A stretch of DNA of 64,000 bases from an uncultured Gemmatimonadales bacterium. GTDB taxonomy: Bacteria; Gemmatimonadota; Gemmatimonadetes; Gemmatimonadales; Gemmatimonadaceae. Positions 60,638-64,000 of the stretch are shown here, piece by piece. How positions within the stretch are numbered: the first letter of the stretch is position 1; each line of letters starts with the position of its first letter. The position numbers and the translations under genes are program-made. The DNA is taken from the NCBI GenBank assembly GCA_963850905.1, contig CAWKMU010000003.1:2112001-2176000 (forward strand), written 5' to 3'. Below the pieces are notes generated by a model. That model was not told the DNA's origin. It saw only the letters and a program-made list of their open reading frames with translations, and did no database searches.

Positions 60638-63556
60638 TTGGCCCGTGTGAACCGGCCCCGCATGGTGGTCGCTCTGGCAGTACTCGCCGGCCTGCCTGTC
60701 GGCCTGTTCGCACAGGACACGGCGAACCGGGTCGCGCGCGCCATCGATCTTGCCGCAGAGCGCGCCGTCGCGAGCGACAGCGTATTGGCGGCCGCCAGCA
60801 AGTGGCGGGCGGCCTTGTTGCGCGATCCGGGCGACCGGTATGCGGCACTTGGTCTGGCAAGTCTCGCCCGACTGACGTCCGACACGACAGCCGACGCTGC
60901 CCTCACGCCACTCGCGGGCGGGTCGGATGCCGTCGCGCGTCGTGCCTCGCTGGACCGAGCCGGGTCGGCGGTGGCGGCGGGGCGAAGGGCGGCGGGGGAT
61001 AGCATGTATGCGCGCGCGGCTGCCGTCGCCTCGGCCGCGCATGATTCGATCGTCGAGGCCGAAGCGCAGTTCGGACGCGCTGATGTGGCTTTTGCGCAGT
61101 TCGCGTTTGCGGCGGCGCGGCCGTTCATTCGCCCCGCCGATTCGGTTCGACCCCCGTTGGATGCGATCCTGGCGGCCACGAGTGCCTGTGTGCAGGCGGC
61201 GCTTCGTCCGTCCGATTCGGCGCTGCGCGCCGCCACCCTCCAGGCGGAGCGCACCGGCAATGCACGACTGGCCGCTCGGTGCCTCGCTCCACTACCCTCG
61301 TTCTTGTTTGGTCAGGGCGAGGAGGATGCGTCGGACCACGCGGGCGCAGAGGTCATCGCTCGCTTGCGTCGCGTGCGGGATCGCGATGCGCTCGGCGTTG
61401 CCCTCATGTTCCAGTGTTACCGGCGCCTCACGCTGCTGGATTACGACGCGAGCGCGGCGTACTGCGGGGACGCGGTCTCCGAAGGTCGAACGTCGCACTC
61501 GCCGTATACTGTCGGATGGGCTGAGCTCAACCTGGGAGCACTCAGCCGCCTCCTCGGAGACGCAGCGGCGGCGCGCGCCCACAATGCGCGAGCGCGTGCG
61601 GCGCTGCTCGCGATCAACGACCAGCATGGATTGGGTATTCTCCGTCGGAACAATGCTGATCTGGCGCTCGACGCCGGTGACACGGCCGCCGCTCGAGCCG
61701 CTGCATTGGAGGCGCTCCACGCTGCGTCGGCGGGCGCGGACGCGGGCGGTGCCTGGAGGAGGCTCGCGGATGTTGCGCTCCGGGAAAACCGATTCGCAGA
61801 AGCGAAACGGGACATCGACAGCGGCGTGGCCGCGGCAGTCCGCGGGCACGCTGAAGTCTTCGTTCCGGCGGCCAAACTTGCGTATGGAACGGTACTGCTC
61901 CGCGAGGGACGTCCCGAAGACGCGTTGACCTGGCTGATCCCGTCAGTGTACGACACCGGTCAACACGTCGCTCGATATCTGATCGAAGAACAGCGCGTCG
62001 AAGCGTTGCTTGCGCTCGGACGACGGAAGGAAGCTCTGACTGAGATGGAGCGTACCACCGATGAGCTCGAGCGCTGGCGAGCGACGCTGAGCGACCGAGA
62101 GCTGCGCGTCCTGGCGTTCCAAACCAGGCCACTGTTTGGCGGACCCAGCCCGGCGATCGCAGCGGTAGTTGCCTCAGCCGTAGCTCAAGGGCAGAGTGAC
62201 CGGGCGTTCGCGCTCGCCGAGCGACGACGGGCTCGCGACCTCGAGGACCAGCGCCGCCGGGCGGCAGTCCTGGGCGGCGGTACGCAGGGCAGCATCGCCC
62301 CGTCGCGCCTTACGTCCCTGACGTCGCTCGCTGCACTCGGTCGCGAGATCCCTGACGACAGCACCGCCGTCATCGAGTACGTCACCGGTCCGGTTGGCGC
62401 GCCCACGACTGTTTTCGTGGTCACACGGCGTTCCACCTCTGCCCGGATCATCGCGCCGGTGGACTCGCTGGCGGATGACATCAGTCTGTTCGATGAACTC
62501 GTCGACCAACGCCAGGACTCGCGCGCCGTCGCACGCACGGTCGGCTCGCGGGTGCTCGGACCGGTCGTGCGCGCCCTGTCGCCGGCGATCGAGAGACTTG
62601 TGATCGTGCCCGACGGCCTGTTGTACCGCATCCCGTTCCCAGCGCTGCGACTGAGCAACGGCACGTACGCGGTGGACCGGTATGCCATCAGCTCCGTACC
62701 GTCGGCAACCGTCGTCGCCGATCTCTGGTCGCATCCGCCCGCAGTTCGTCACGGGCCTGCACGTGTGCTCGCGTTCGGCAATGCAATCCCGGACCCGGGT
62801 GCTGGCGGGACCGCGGAGCGCGGCACTGCCGATGTGAGCGACGACGAGCGCTCAGCAACGCCGGCGGGGTCACCGCTCGTGGAAGTGTTGTCCGAGAGTC
62901 CGTCGGTCGCGAGTAGCCTACCGCGTCTCGAGTGGTCGGGTGACGAAGCGCGCATGGTGGCCGCCTTCGGACGGGAGTCGGTCGTTCGAGTCGGCCGCGA
63001 TGCAACGCCAGCCGCTCTAAAGGAAGCGCCGCTCGACTCGTTCTCCGTAGTGCACTTTGCGACGCATGCTGTGGTCGACGAGCAGGTGCCGGCGCGCAGC
63101 GCGCTGTTGCTGTCGGCCGACACACGCAGCAACGGGATTGTCGATGCTGGTTCGCTGGAGGGGCGACACATAGCGGCCACCCTCGTGGTGTTGTCGGCCT
63201 GCCGGACGGCTCGCGGCGCGTTGGTCGAAGGCGAAGGGGTGCGCGGGCTGGCGAATCCGTTTCTCGGGGCGGGCGCGCACGCCGTGTTGGCCACCCAGTG
63301 GGCGATCGGCGACCGGTCCGCGGTCCCCATGGTCTACGCGATCTATCGGGGGATCGCGGCCGGCCTTCCGGTGGCCGAGGCGCTGCGCCGCGCGGAAGCC
63401 GAGGCCGTTCGCCGCGGCGCGCCGGTGCGGGAATGGGCTGCCTTCGCGCTGATCGGCGACCCGCTTGCACGCGTGGCGCTCGAGACGCCGGCTCCCGATG
63501 CGATCCCCAGTTGGGTCCGTGTGCTCGCTACGGTTTCGGTACCGCGAGGTCGGTGA
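60638..63556 (+). CDS. Exported TPR-like + CHAT domain caspase-like protease
   Basis: Signal-like N-terminus, helical repeats, AERRRAR, VPDG.L..IPF, HFATHA (His), LSACRT (Cys), WAAF.LIGD. Confidence 0.9.
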   Translation: MARVNRPRMVVALAVLAGLPVGLFAQDTANRVARAIDLAAERAVASDSVLAAASKWRAALLRDPGDRYAALGLASLARLTSDTTADAALTPLAGGSDAVARRASLDRAGSAVAAGRRAAGDSMYARAAAVASAAHDSIVEAEAQFGRADVAFAQFAFAAARPFIRPADSVRPPLDAILAATSACVQAALRPSDSALRAATLQAERTGNARLAARCLAPLPSFLFGQGEEDASDHAGAEVIARLRRVRDRDALGVALMFQCYRRLTLLDYDASAAYCGDAVSEGRTSHSPYTVGWAELNLGALSRLLGDAAAARAHNARARAALLAINDQHGLGILRRNNADLALDAGDTAAARAAALEALHAASAGADAGGAWRRLADVALRENRFAEAKRDIDSGVAAAVRGHAEVFVPAAKLAYGTVLLREGRPEDALTWLIPSVYDTGQHVARYLIEEQRVEALLALGRRKEALTEMERTTDELERWRATLSDRELRVLAFQTRPLFGGPSPAIAAVVASAVAQGQSDRAFALAERRRARDLEDQRRRAAVLGGGTQGSIAPSRLTSLTSLAALGREIPDDSTAVIEYVTGPVGAPTTVFVVTRRSTSARIIAPVDSLADDISLFDELVDQRQDSRAVARTVGSRVLGPVVRALSPAIERLVIVPDGLLYRIPFPALRLSNGTYAVDRYAISSVPSATVVADLWSHPPAVRHGPARVLAFGNAIPDPGAGGTAERGTADVSDDERSATPAGSPLVEVLSESPSVASSLPRLEWSGDEARMVAAFGRESVVRVGRDATPAALKEAPLDSFSVVHFATHAVVDEQVPARSALLLSADTRSNGIVDAGSLEGRHIAATLVVLSACRTARGALVEGEGVRGLANPFLGAGAHAVLATQWAIGDRSAVPMVYAIYRGIAAGLPVAEALRRAEAEAVRRGAPVREWAAFALIGDPLARVALETPAPDAIPSWVRVLATVSVPRGR

Positions 63557-64000
63557 ACGCTGACTGCCAGCGTACGCCGGCGGCCTCGCTCGTTGTCACT
63601 CGCCAGCGATATGTGCCTCCGACCGGCAGTGCCGGCCAGGGGAGCGTCGTGTCGGCTGTCCGTGAGCGGGTCACCACGAGGCCGGAGTCGTTCACGACCT
63701 CGAAGAGGTACGATGCAGCCCCCGGCGCCCGATGCCACACGAACAATGGTGTCGCACCCGGTGAGATTGTACCTACGGGCCCGATGACTGCGAGCACGCG
63801 CGTTCCGGTATCGGTCGCGACCCCTCGTTCGGCGTCGTTCGGCCCCGTCGGTCGAAACTGACGGGCTGATTGTCGCGCGATCGTCGGCACGGCGATCGCG
63901 ACGACGATCACCGCAGCGATCGCCAGAGCGGCCCACAGGCCGCGACGTTGCGGTTGCAGCGACTCGCCAGCCCGCGACGTCGCCAGTAACAAATCCAGTT
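63528..64000 (-). CDS. Single-TM protein with extracytoplasmic beta domain, anti-sigma-factor-like; 5' partial
   Basis: TM LWAALAIAAVIVVAIAV, linker ERG, P.G..LFVW..APGAASY.FEV..YRWRV; frame open to window edge. Confidence 0.6.
   Translation of the reverse strand, partial: LDLLLATSRAGESLQPQRRGLWAALAIAAVIVVAIAVPTIARQSARQFRPTGPNDAERGVATDTGTRVLAVIGPVGTISPGATPLFVWHRAPGAASYLFEVVNDSGLVVTRSRTADTTLPWPALPVGGTYRWRVTTSEAAGVRWQSAFTDLAVPKP

Overview
GC-rich bacterial window, almost fully coding, with about 45 genes. Gene content (paralogous DUF5916/CBM9 outer-membrane proteins, duplicated orphan ABC permeases, TPR-CHAT protein, many exported hydrolases) suggests a Gemmatimonadota/Acidobacteriota-like organism; this is inference. 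It contains the end of a form I aerobic CO dehydrogenase operon (coxS-coxL), a Tat-signal racemase, a divergent MocR regulator/amino-acid permease pair, a creatininase-ketopantoate reductase-SDR-M20 peptidase operon, solA, a large ATP-binding LuxR regulator with a candidate operator and target genes, orphan two-component genes, and an exported TPR-CHAT protease convergent with an anti-sigma-like gene. Nine single-base frameshifts in eight otherwise intact genes all fit one motif (CNAGATG/CATCTNG) in both orientations, most likely methylation-linked sequencing errors rather than pseudogenes. Three genes look truly truncated. I saw no rRNA, tRNA, CRISPR array or transposase. All family calls come from motif recognition by eye, with no database search.
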